The position numbers were made by a program, and so were the translations under genes. The notes beneath the pieces are model-generated. The model searched no databases and had not been told where the DNA came from. It saw nothing but the letters and a program-made list of their open reading frames with translations. From Dethiobacteria bacterium (GTDB lineage: Bacteria > Bacillota > Dethiobacteria > DTU022 > UBA8154), in NCBI GenBank assembly GCA_050948785.1, contig JBMNEM010000002.1, positions 193,721-257,720 on the forward strand: a stretch of DNA of 64,000 nt, in the 5' to 3' direction. Below, piece by piece: positions 9,905 to 20,620 of this stretch (position 1 is the stretch's first letter; each line of letters begins with the position of its first letter).

Positions 9905-10080
9905 CCAGACCTTTGCACGGAAGGCTTGTGAAGTATCGTCAAGGCAGGTTTCCTGGCTTGTGGCTCATCGTAGCTTTCACCTTCCCGGATAGCTCCAGTG
10001 GTATGCTGAAAGCTGCTCCCCACTTACAGTGGCCGGACCACCCGGGATTTGCACCCGGTTCCCTCTTCCACCCGCTCCTG
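9905..10080 (-). promoter_or_regulatory. Cobalamin riboswitch 2 (paralogue of riboswitch 1, about 85% identical)
   Basis: Same aptamer sequence as 5245-5435 (GGTGCAAATCCCGG ... GCCACTGTAAG ... GCCACTGGAGCTATCCGGGAAGGTGAAAGC). A terminator-like hairpin at 9820-9862 follows it on the minus strand. Confidence 0.8.
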
Positions 10081-10149
10081 TCAGCGGATCACCTTGACAA
10101 TGTTGTTTTAAATATTAATTTTAGAAGATACTTTTCAATTTTTCCATAA

Positions 10150-10200
10150 AAAAAGGCACTATCCTGGATAGTGCCTCCGTTGTTCGGTCAGCATAACAAA
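10150..10200 (-). terminator. Intrinsic terminator (GGCACTATCCAGGATAGTGCC + T7) downstream of the 10421-11185 gene. A homologous module (CTGACCGAACAACGGAGG + hairpin) sits at 5500-5555.
   Basis: Perfect 9-bp stem with a T-run on the minus strand. The shared flanking sequence shows the leader modules were duplicated as units. Confidence 0.45.
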
Positions 10201-10420
10201 CAGCAACTTTTTGCCGTTTTTTTTCCGTAAAAGTTTTATATGAACATTTATTTCACCAAAATGGTGTTGTTTGTTAATTATATATTTAACACCTATTGTT
10301 GCTAAATTTATTATTCTACATTCCCCGGAACATTTCCTGTCAGGTTATAATTTTATTTAACTACTGTTAGAAAATCTTTTTCGGAATTCGTTAACCCCTT
10401 TTTCCACCAGGCAAACAGGT

Positions 10421-11185
10421 TCACATGTCTTTGAAAAAATCTAAAAAAGCCTTCGCTTCAGCTGTAAAGCCGTAAGCTTCGCTGACCAGGGCAATTTCCG
10501 GGTTGCCCTGCAGCAGGCGCAGCCCGGAAAAATCGATCTCCCCACGGCCCGGGGGAAGGTGTTCATCATCTATCCCGCAATTATCATGAATATGCAGGTG
10601 TGCCAGATGCTCCCCCAGCAACCGGATCCACGCTCCCAGGGTAAGCCTGGAAGAGAGATGGGCATGTCCCGTATCAAGGCAGGCCCGGAAAAGAGAATCA
10701 TCAAAAATTTCCAGCAACCGGCTAATCAATTCCGGGTTTGGATCCCAGACATTTTCCAGAACAATCTTGATCCTTTCCCGCTGGCAGAGGGGCAGAAATC
10801 CTTCCCAAAAACGGGTGGCGTTCTCCAGCCAGTTATCGGCATACTCCGGATACTTAAAAAGCGGATTATAACAGGAATGCACGACCATTACCCGGCAGCC
10901 CAGTTCTTTGCCCAATTGAAGCGCTTGGGCAAAGCGCCGGTGGGCCAGTTGCTGTACCTGGCGATCCATGCTGCTGGGAAAGAGCTCTTTAAAAGGACCG
11001 TGCAGGGAAAGGGTCCCCCGGAAGTCCTTCAGCAATGCCTGATACTGCCTGACAATTTCACCCGCATAGTAATCCAGGTTAGCGGGAAGAGCAAAATCCT
11101 GGATCTCCAAATGGTCAAAATGGGTCAGGTAAAATGACGGTTCCTTTTTCAATAAATCGAGAAAAATGCCGCAACCCAGCTTCAT
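10421..11185 (-). CDS. Sugar phosphate isomerase/epimerase (xylose-isomerase-like TIM barrel)
   Basis: 254 aa with a TIM-barrel pattern including ...VVHSCYNP..., ...IVLENV..., ...GHAHL.... Family assignment is by overall resemblance. Confidence 0.6.
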   Translation of the reverse strand: MKLGCGIFLDLLKKEPSFYLTHFDHLEIQDFALPANLDYYAGEIVRQYQALLKDFRGTLSLHGPFKELFPSSMDRQVQQLAHRRFAQALQLGKELGCRVMVVHSCYNPLFKYPEYADNWLENATRFWEGFLPLCQRERIKIVLENVWDPNPELISRLLEIFDDSLFRACLDTGHAHLSSRLTLGAWIRLLGEHLAHLHIHDNCGIDDEHLPPGRGEIDFSGLRLLQGNPEIALVSEAYGFTAEAKAFLDFFKDM

Positions 11186-11319
11186 GCAAAACTCCTTTTA
11201 ACTCTTTTGTAAAACAGAATTGGAAACACTTAAAAAAAGTCTTAAAAAAAGCTGCCAAGGCACCGAACGTAAAAATTTTTCTAGAAGAATAAGTTTCCCT
11301 ATAAAAATCATACTGGAAA

Positions 11320-11470
11320 GAGCCATATTCATTCTTTTTTAGCTGTACAAAGACCGACGTCGTCTTTTGCCCACACGGTGATCTCTCCCTGTCGCTGAAA
11401 ATTTTCAGTTCTTGTGCGGAAGCTACATCAGGCCCCTCCGGCCGGGAAATCCTGCCAATGATCGTAGGCA
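11320..11470 (-). pseudogene. Remnant of an SLH-domain surface protein gene (3' fragment only)
   Basis: The product ...IIGRISRPEGPDVASAQELKIFSDRERSP... matches ...IIGRVLRPEGSEGAAAQELGIFSDRDEIAVW... near the C-terminus of the 6094-9564 protein. Nucleotide homology to 6230-6340 is also evident. Confidence 0.5.
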
Positions 11471-14400
11471 TTACCTTTTATATTTTCAACAGCGATGATG
11501 ATCTCACTCCGCAAGTCTTTTATTCGTTGCTCAATACGCTCTAAATAATCATCGCCCAAAAATCGCCGAAGGGTTTCCAACTCGGCACGGAAACGTTTCA
11601 TTCCCCTTTTGGAAACTTTTCCATCCATTTCTTCTATCGTCAGCCGGCGTAAGGTATACTTTGGTAAGGTCTGGTACTCCTTTAAATCGCGCAGCAGGGT
11701 TTGAATAAAGGGCAGGTATTCTTCCAAATCGGCAGCATGCTTTTCCCAGGCACTGCGTAGGTTGTTTTCGGCCTTGACAAGCAAAGATTGTTCACTGGGG
11801 CGCATGTGTATTTGCTCACGGTAGTTCTTGATTGCCTCGTAAGCGGGCCAAAATAAAGGACTTAGGGTCTCGCGGGGCGTTTCTGGCCAGCAGTGAACAC
11901 ACGGCAGCGCTTTTTCAAGAATTAGGGGACGTACCACTGGCTTTTTGCTTGCCGTATCAGGTACGGTGTGGATAAAAAGCTGCAAACCTTTCCGGCGGAA
12001 GACCAGCAGTTCATTTTGTTTGGCTATTTTCGCCGTTTTCACCCTTGCGGGAAAATCAGCCAGCCCGGAGATCAAGTCCGGGTATTGCGCCTGCATTGCA
12101 AAAAATTCCCGCCGGAGCGTCGTCAGCAGGCTTTCCTCTTCGCCTTCCTCCGGATTACGGTTGATGCGTCTGAAAAGTTCGGCGGGGGAAGGGGTTTCAT
12201 CCGGAGCAAAAATTTTCGCATCTTCACCCAGGGTATTGTGGATCAAGAACATCTTCTGTGCTGCTATTTCACGGCTTTTAACCACTTCAGCGCCCTGTTC
12301 CGTTGGAAAAAAGTTATAGATATACAATGTCCGGAAGACCTTGCGCCCAATACGGTTGATGCGTCCCAGCCGCTGAATGACACGCGTAGGGTTCCAGGGA
12401 ATATCATAGTTAACCACCGCACCGGCCCGGTTCAGGTTTATCCCTTCAGAAAGTTTATCAGTAGCCACGAGGATATCGAAATCATCACGCTGCCTTTCTG
12501 CCGCATGGCCGGCATCGAAATTGGCATTCAGATCATCGAAAAAACCCTTGCCCAGCGAACCTTCAGCTACCAGCACACGTTCAGGAAAGGCGGCCTGCAA
12601 AACGGGGGCAATGTGTTTCACTGTATCCTGATATTCGCTGAAAATAACAACCTTGCGGCGCGGTTCACCGCTACCGGGTTGGGCTTCTATAATCTCCCGC
12701 ACAGCTTCCACAAGGCGTTTGCTTTTCGGATCGTTCACTGCCAGTTCCAAAGCCTCCACCCGATCGGCAATTTGTTGGAACAGCTCCAGATCTGAGCGGA
12801 TATCCGCAAGGAACTGTTCCGGTTCATCAAAATCTTTAATAACATAAACGTGATCCTGGTGCGGCCTCAGGTTTTTTTCTGCCGCCAGGCGCGCCGCGAA
12901 TTGCCGCAGCTCCTCCTCGATGGTTTCTTCGTCTTCTTCCCAGATTTTTTCTATTAAATTTCGGTCCAGAATATATTGGCCTGTTTTTTGGATGAAAGCC
13001 AAAATAATAGAATGAACGCTCCTAAAATTAGCCATGCTTTTGACAAAAGCGCCAAAGGAACTTTCGAAACGTTTGACCAACAGCCGGCGCATAAATTCGT
13101 ACAGGTTGCGCTGCTGCAGGTAGGCAAAATTACCCTTTTCATCCAGCTGTTCTAATTCACTGCTGTGTTCGTAAGCAAAGGGCTGGTAAATGGCACCCCG
13201 GAATTGTCCTTCCTCGCCGAAATATTCATTAATTACCTGGTTGTAGAAAGCCGATTGTGCGGTAGTTAGTTCGTAAAACAGCTCAACGGGATCGGCAACC
13301 CCGGAGAGCTTGGCAATTTCCTGGGCATACACCGGATCGCGTTTCAGGTCGAGCCGGTTACGGCGGATGATAACAGGTTCTATAACCGCACGGATTTCAT
13401 CTGCCAGCTGCCTTACCCGTTGCTGGGTGCGAATTACATTGATAGGCGGCGGGGTTTCAAAAATATCGGTATAGAATCTTTCAGCCCGGGCTTGTTTTTC
13501 ACCACCGGCGCTGTGGTAACGGAGGATGTATGAAAGCTTGCGGAATTCACTATTGTACCGGGCAAAGCGGGCAGCCAGCCCTTCATCAAGGGTCAGCGTT
13601 GATTTGCCCGGCGGGATAAAAAGTTTGAGCAGGGCAAAAATATCTGCCGGCGCATTGTTGAAAGGAGTTGCCGTCAACAGGATAACACCCCGGTTGGCAC
13701 AGATCTGGCTTAGGCGTTCATAAGCCGCCGTGTCTTCATTGCGGAAGCGGTGTGCCTCATCCACCACAATAGTAGTGACCTCCTCGCCGTACATTTCAAG
13801 ATATTCCTGTACCTTGTCCAAAGCCCCCAGGGAATAGACTTCCCAGTCATATAGTTCAAAGTCGTTCAGGTATTTATACCAGCCGGTAGCTTTGGTTTGT
13901 CGATCACCGATCAAAGCCGGGGGGCAGATCACAAGCCCGCGGCCACCTCGTTCCCGCGCCAGCCAACTGGCGATCACCGATTTCCCCAGCCCAACCACGT
14001 CGGCCAAGATCACGCCGCCATATTCCTCCAGCACGGTGAGCGCCTGCTGCACGGCCTCTTCCTGGTAACGATACACCCTGTAGCCCCGTTCTTCCATTAA
14101 ATGTTTAATCTGCGGGCGAAGCACTTTTTGTTCCATCAAATCCAGGTAGGTTTTAAGCACCAGGGCGTAAGCCTCAAAAGGCGAAATTCCCGCCACCTGG
14201 GTTTGCCGATTGATGATACGGACAATCTGCTCCTTGCGTTCATCAAGTTCGCTAAGCGGGATAGCTGTCGACCACAGATCGTCAAAATATGCTTCCGCAT
14301 CTCCCCAACCATAATCGCTGATTTCCACGTTGAATTCATGCTGCCCCAACAAACCGGCGCGGGTCAGATTGCTGGAACCGGTAATAAAGCGCCCGGGCGC

Positions 14401-14857
14401 ATCGATGAGTGATTGCCCGGCCTCATCCAGGCGGAACAGGTAAAGTTTGGCGTGGTTGGGATCCAATGTTTTGCGGATATGCAGACGGCCCTCTTCCAGA
14501 AGATGCAAAAAGAAAGAAACCTGTCCATAAAATTCTTGCGTATCCAAGGCTTCATCTTGCAGCGCAGTGCGCAAAGAGGCAAAGAAGCGCCCCACAAGTT
14601 CCTGCTGGGTGCTGCCGGCTGCCTCTGGATCGGCCACCTCCAACACCCGGCCCAAACGCAGATCGGTATCCATCCCCACCAGAATTTTGAAGATGCAGGT
14701 CATCGCTGCGCCCCTTTAGCGCCTCATAAAGCTCCCGCCAGCCGGAAAAATAGAAGAAACCCACCAAAAATTTCAGTTCCCGGCTATGCTGGATGAGCGT
14801 ATGAATGCGGCCTTTAAGACTGCGTTGCCTGGCGTTGGTGATGAAATTTTTAGCCAT
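11428..14857 (-). CDS. PLD-family nuclease (HKD) fused to an SNF2/DEAD-like helicase; one apparent frameshift near 14700
   Basis: The N-terminal piece MAKNFITNARQ...LKFLVGFFYFSGWRELYEAL (14857-14700) continues in another frame as ...HAKLYLFRLD...GSSNLTRAGL (HKD motif). Helicase motifs I (DVVGLGKS), II (DEAH) and later motifs follow. The total is about 1140 aa. Confidence 0.7.
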
Positions 14858-17800
14858 TACGCCTCACGCTCCTTGCTTTGCTGATGCGCTCCCAGACTAA
14901 CTGGCAGACGGCCCGGTAAACTTCCTTCCGCTCCTCTTCAGTCAAGTCCAAAGCATCGAAGACAAGATCGTCCAGCGCCTTGCGATCGGGCAATGGATTG
15001 GGTTCCTGTTCGGCAATGGGGATCTTAGACTGAGGATCGATGCCGCATTCGGTAAAAATAGAAACAACTGGCCTTTGTTTTAATCGTAAAAGTATATCCT
15101 TAACCTGGTTTCCCCAATTAACTGCCAAGTTAGGTGACAAAACTAGTTGTTGCTTTACTTCGTAGACCATAAGACTCCTCGGCCCCCCACCTCCGCCATA
15201 CTGTCTTGCTTTTATTTCGTCAGCAAGAATTGAAACAACAGAATTTAATATAAGTTGAACAGACTGTGTTACAGTTGCCGCATATAGTCTGCAATCAGCC
15301 AACAAGGGTTTTGTTGAAGTGAAAACAGCGATCCTTTCCCTAAGTTCCTTTCCCCAAAAAACGTTTCCCATTTCATTAGGGACAGACCACCACCGTGGAC
15401 GGGAATTGCAAGTTGGTCGCTTAGAATACCCTTGTTTTTCTCCCCATTTAATATACGCCAAGGCCTTTGTACCCTTTAAATCTTTTTTGCTTTTATGGCA
15501 CATAAAGATACGGTATTTAAAATCATCCTGTTTGATCACGACACTGCGGCATTCGCGCGGGCTCTTGATAACCGGCTTTAAAAACTCTTCCTCGATTTCC
15601 CCTTCCCAGCCGGCACCGTTGCACACCCGCAACAGGCCCGGTTGTGAACCGGGGCCCAGCGGCTCCAGGTAGAAAAAGTCGTTTGCGCCGGTTTTTATAC
15701 CGAAACGCACTTCTGCAATCTCCCCCAAACGCACCAGCTTGTCCTTGCCCTTTTCCAGGATGGTGAAAAAGATATCCGGTGCACGCAGGTATTTGCCGCC
15801 CCATTTATCGCCTTTGTATTGGCCGGGGTCCTGGAGCCGGGATGAAACCTGGCCTGCATCGGAACCCTCCCGCAGCAGCTCGCCTGCTGTAACCGGCAAG
15901 ACGCGAAAACTTTCATCCCGTAATGCAGCCCCGGCCTCTTCAATGGCCAACAGGTTTTCGGAGAGCACCGCTTCCTCAAAAGGCTGTTTGAAAGCCACAA
16001 AGCGTGTCAGCTGGTTTTCATTTACCTTTGCAGGCGCACCGGCAACGGTGATAATCGTATTGATATCGGCACGGGTGAAGGAACGGCGGGCGTGATTGTC
16101 GATCACCAGGTGAAGCGGTGCCCGCCGCAGAAAAAACTCCTGCAGCCAGGAACCATAACCGACATCCAACCAGGAATTGGAACAGATGAAAACATGCACC
16201 CCCCCGGAATTAAGCAGACGCAGGGAGCGGATATAAAAATAAGTATAAAGATCGGAGCGGCCGCTTGGTTTGCGCCCCTTTCCGAACCGATCAGGTCGCG
16301 TTTGTGACAAAGCAAAATATTCGGGAAAATCAAGACGTACCATCTCCAGCAGGGCATCCTTATATTCCTTGGGGGTTAACAGCTCTTTGGGGTCGGTAAT
16401 ATTTTCCTGGCGCACATAAGGCGGGTTGCCGATGATGATGTCAAAACCTTCAGAGATCGAAGAAGATCTCGGCAAATTCGATGCTCCAGATGAAGGGACG
16501 CTTACTTTTCAGGCTTCTTTTCTGGGCCTGCAGTTCGGCAATTTCAGCTTCCAAAACGGCACACCGGACCGCTGCCTTTTTTGTAAGAACCGGTTCAGCT
16601 TGTTCCGGCCTTGTTTCTTTCATGCCAAGTTGTTTGGGCTTCAGACTTTGTATTTGCTTCCGGCGTGTATCAATTTCCGCCTCCAGGATATCCCGGAAAA
16701 CAGCCAGTTCTGCGTGCTCGATAAGGTGCGTAATCGTCGCTTTTGTTGTGGAAAATAATCACGCTTTCTTTGTTTAAGCCGGGTGACCCTGCGCTTGATT
16801 GCCGGCGGCAAATTGTCGTGGCCCTGCACGGGAAAGGTTTTGCCGCCAACGCGCTGCACCAGTGAATCGCCGGTGCGCACCTTGAAGGTTAAATTGGGCA
16901 GCAACGGCTCTTAACGAGCTTCGGTCTTCTTCAGGCATGTCCACAAAAAGGGTTAACCACAGGCGCAGTTGGTTAATCCACACCGCCCAGCGTTTGGTTT
17001 CCACACCGTAAAGGGAATGGGCGATGATGTCTTTTTTTCGCTTGAAGGGGGTAGGTTTCGCAGCCTTTAAATCCCCGGGGGTATTGTTGCGGGAATAGAG
17101 GTTTTCCAGCACCTGTTCCAGTACCTGCAGCATACCCACTTCAAAAGCCCCGGAGCCGGCCGCCGGGTCGCACACAGTGACCCCTTCCAGCTGTTCGATC
17201 AATGTTCGAATTTCAGCGGGGGAAAAGTCGCCCTGCTTCTGGTATTCGTCATAGGCCTCACCGGTGCCGGCTTCGCGGAAGAAAAGGCGGTAGTAGGTCT
17301 CTCTTTTCCGATTTCGGTAGTTTGCTCCAGCCATTTGACCAAGGCCAGGCGGCACATCAAATCCACTTCCACCCGCGGTGTATAGACTGCCCCCTGATCC
17401 ATATTTGTGATACGCTCGAAAATAATACCTAAAAATTCGGGATTTAGTTCTAATTCCTCATCATAGAGCTCATTTTCTTCCACTGTAAAGTTGTACTGGA
17501 AGAGGAAATCAAAAAAATCGTCGATGAGGTCATCGGGAACAAAGAGCCCCCGATCATCTACTGCCGGGCTTACGTTTAAACAGCTCCCCGTTCAGGTAAG
17601 GGCGCCATCCTGGAGCGCTTCTCGGGTCTCTGTAGAGAACGGTGCATTTCCATAAGCCACCTTACGCCCATATGGCGAACTAAGTGCCTCAAAAAAAAGG
17701 GGTTCCAACCATTCCCGGTAGAAAGTGCCGGCAGGGCCGGCCTGCCGGTACTCCTCCCAAAAGTCCTGCAGGAATTTAGTGTTGTCTGCCAGCCAGCCCT

Positions 17801-18458
17801 TCTTTTGTACAAAGCCCAGAAAAATAATGCGGATAACAAAAAGCAGGGCAAAATCCAGTTTTAGATCCGTGTCGTCAGTACCTTGCACAGCACCGGCGAT
17901 GGCATCAAACCTGGGCTTAAAATCCTTGTAAAATTCATCTGAAACGGCTTCAAGTGAGAAGGTTCCCAGGATCCCGGCGAGCGTTGAAAAATCGGCACGC
18001 TGCATCTGCTGCAAAAAAGTCTTGTTGGGGAGTTCCGGATCAACGAAAAACGTATAGCGCCGGAAGGTGCTAAATTGCCGCTTCGTGCCATGGTATGTGA
18101 CCGTTATTAATGAAAACCGAAAACACCCGGCATTATCATAAAAGGCAAAAATACCGGCATTGTGATTGCCGGACTTGAGGATACGTTTGGCCAGATCGTA
18201 CTGTTTGCGTTTACCTGTACGGGCGGTAAGCTCCTTTTGAACATACACGGTGCCTATAATAAGGGTTTTACCATCTGAAAATTCAACCACGCCGATCTGT
18301 TCCGCCCTGCCAAAGGAACCATCTTCCTGGGGGGATTTTTTAATAGGAGTCCGCACCGGCCTGAAAGAAGGCGCTACATGACGTAAAAGGTTAACCAGTA
18401 GTTCATTTGCAAACCCTTTACAAAGTTTTTTCCATTTCACTAACATCGCACCATCCAT
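14850..18458 (-). pseudogene. Large gamma-class N6-adenine DNA methyltransferase (type IIG/IIL or PglX/DrmMI-like), broken into at least five reading-frame fragments
   Basis: Fragments in order on the minus strand: an N-terminal domain (18458-17592); ...GAVYTPRVEVDLMCRL... (17483-17199); motif I DPAAGSGAFEVGML (17355-16774); RTGDSLVQ (16904-16641); and an intact 541-aa C-terminal ORF with IIGNPPYVRQE (motif IV) and a TRD-like tail (16475-14850). Its stop overlaps the helicase start. Confidence 0.65.
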
Positions 18459-18792
18459 TTCTTTGCGTAAATTAAAGTTTGACTATTCGGTATAATCTCG
18501 CAAGAAAATCACCTTTCTCGCAGGCTGCATGAACTATACGGTTTTTTCTCCCCTGTGGTAAAACGCGGCGGATCTGGGTTTAATGTATCGCTAACATACC
18601 TCACCAATATTTCAGCAAGCAGATCTTTTTGGCAACCGGTAGTCAATAGCTTCTTTTGGGGGGTTGGCCTGCGGGGTTCTAAACCAATATTATCTATTAA
18701 TGCCCATTATTGTCAAGCCTTCCCTTGTTTAAAACTGTGAACTGTAAAATTGTGCAGTTTAGCCGAAAACTAGGATAAAGGGTTTTAAGGCG

Positions 18793-20148
18793 GTGAATGG
18801 CATGGCTGAAGGCATCAACAACCTTCCATTATTTTTACGGGGTAATGTGGAATGTGCCCCTGTATTAAGGATCAAAACCGGTCAGATCTTGTCCGGCCTA
18901 GTTTTGGAAGTACACGCTGATAAAGCTGTCCTCCTTTTGCAGGGTGTTAATGTGGTGGCAGAACTGGAAACCGGGATAGTGCCCGGGGAAAGAGTTGTGC
19001 TGCAAGTTGAAGAGTTGACACCAGATAGGAAGATTTTACTAAAAAAAATGGACTCGGCGGGAAGCAGACAAAATATTGAGCAGCAGGAACTGGAAGCCAT
19101 TCTGCAACATTTTGGTCTACAGTATGGAAAGCTTGAAAAAGCCATTGTGGCACAGTTGCTCCGCAACAAACTGCCGTTTTCTCGGCAGCACCTTCATCAC
19201 CTGACGGGCTTCGCCGCCGCAAACAACCTTTCCCCTGAAGAGGCGCCTGCACTTGTCTGGTTATGGTCCAACAACCTGCCGCTAACCCGGGAAACTGTAA
19301 CTGCCATCCACAATTTAATGGAAAACGGGCCGGATAAGTCTTCCCTACAGGCCTTTTTTGATGCCTTATCCGGGAATTTGGAAACCGAAAATATAAATTA
19401 CCGTCAACTTTTAAAAACTATCGAAAACCTGCTGGTTAAAGGCAACGCTGCCCCGGAAACAATAGCCGATCAGTTAAGCACCTTGGGCGAAAACCTGGGG
19501 TTAAATTATGAACATGCCTCCCTGCAACTTGAAGCTTTGAGGGAAAAACATGGCTTGGAGAATGCGGCAACAACCCTGGCGGAAAAAGAAAAAATCGAAA
19601 ACTCTTTAAAATATCGCCTGTTAAAACTTGGGCAGTCTTCGGAAACCAAAACAGCGGCCGGCCGGGGGGAGCCTGTTTTGAAAATGCTGGAGGAAATCAC
19701 CGGTTTGCAGCTGCTTAATATCGCCGGACAGCAGGAATCAGTAGCAAGCACCAGTTATTTTTTGGCAAACTGGGCTGCCTTTCCGGACGAAAAACTGTTG
19801 CCCCTGTTCCTTAAAATTAAAAAACACCACCGGCACCAGGATGACCAGGAAAACATCCTTTATCAGATTTTTTTCTTGCTCAACACCCGGCACCTAGGCC
19901 AGGTAATTTGCCGCTTGGCCCTAAAGAAGGAATGCCTAACCTGCGGTTTTACCGTTGAATATAAGGAAGGAAAAAAATTAATGGATGCTTATTTAGGGTT
20001 TTTAAAACAAAGGTTGGAGCATCTGCCGTGGAAGATCGTGATCTATCCCACCAGGGTAAATTCGTCCGAGGACATCAGGCGTGCATGGCGGGAAGAATTT
20101 TTTGCAGGCGGCCCCGGCAGAGTAAGAATATTGGACGCACGGGTCTAA
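18793..20148 (+). CDS. Hypothetical protein, possibly a FliK-like hook-length control protein
   Basis: 451 aa with no strong motifs. Clostridial genomes often place a FliK-like gene directly upstream of a FlhB C-terminal domain-like gene. This is a context-based guess. Confidence 0.3.
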   Translation: MNGMAEGINNLPLFLRGNVECAPVLRIKTGQILSGLVLEVHADKAVLLLQGVNVVAELETGIVPGERVVLQVEELTPDRKILLKKMDSAGSRQNIEQQELEAILQHFGLQYGKLEKAIVAQLLRNKLPFSRQHLHHLTGFAAANNLSPEEAPALVWLWSNNLPLTRETVTAIHNLMENGPDKSSLQAFFDALSGNLETENINYRQLLKTIENLLVKGNAAPETIADQLSTLGENLGLNYEHASLQLEALREKHGLENAATTLAEKEKIENSLKYRLLKLGQSSETKTAAGRGEPVLKMLEEITGLQLLNIAGQQESVASTSYFLANWAAFPDEKLLPLFLKIKKHHRHQDDQENILYQIFFLLNTRHLGQVICRLALKKECLTCGFTVEYKEGKKLMDAYLGFLKQRLEHLPWKIVIYPTRVNSSEDIRRAWREEFFAGGPGRVRILDARV

Positions 20149-20163
20149 AAAGGAGTGAGGTAA

Positions 20164-20485
20164 ATGGATAAAAAAGGAAAGATGCCGGGAATTAAATACG
20201 CTGCAGCCCTTAAATATAAAGAAGAGGAAAATAATGCACCCCGTATTGTGGCTTTCGGCAAGGGTGCACTGGCGGAGAAAATTATACAGGTGGCCCGGCA
20301 AAACAATATTCCTTTCCACGAGGATCCCGAACTCGCCTGTGCTTTAAGCAGCTCTGGAGATCGGGCAGGAAATACCCTTCGAACTTTACCAGGCCATCGC
20401 CGAAGTGCTGGCCTTTGTCCTGTATTTGGGACAAAAGCCCTCCGGTAAAATATTGTTTTTAATCAGGAAGGAGATTATTCCATAA
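20164..20485 (+). CDS. FlhB C-terminal domain-like protein (EscU/YscU/HrcU family, YlqH-like), apparent frameshift near 20345
   Basis: N-terminal part ...APRIVAFGKGALAEKIIQVARQNNIPFHEDPELA.... The conserved C-terminal LEIGQEIPFELYQAIAEVLAFVLYL is only recovered in the +1 frame. Confidence 0.55.
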
Positions 20486-20620
20486 TCAAGAAATAATAAA
20501 GAATACCAAAAAGTGCTTCATGCCATCATGACAGCACCGGCAGGACGAATGCAAATACCGGCCTGCATATGCGCCGCGCGCCGCGTATTCTGCGACGGCC
20601 AACGGAAAGGATTCCTGAAA

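Noticed and set aside
11428-18458. Calling the helicase and methyltransferase a DISARM class 1 system
   Set aside because: The DISARM core genes drmA and drmB (DUF1998) are absent. The PLD domain is fused to the helicase rather than being a separate DrmC. Classification is left open.
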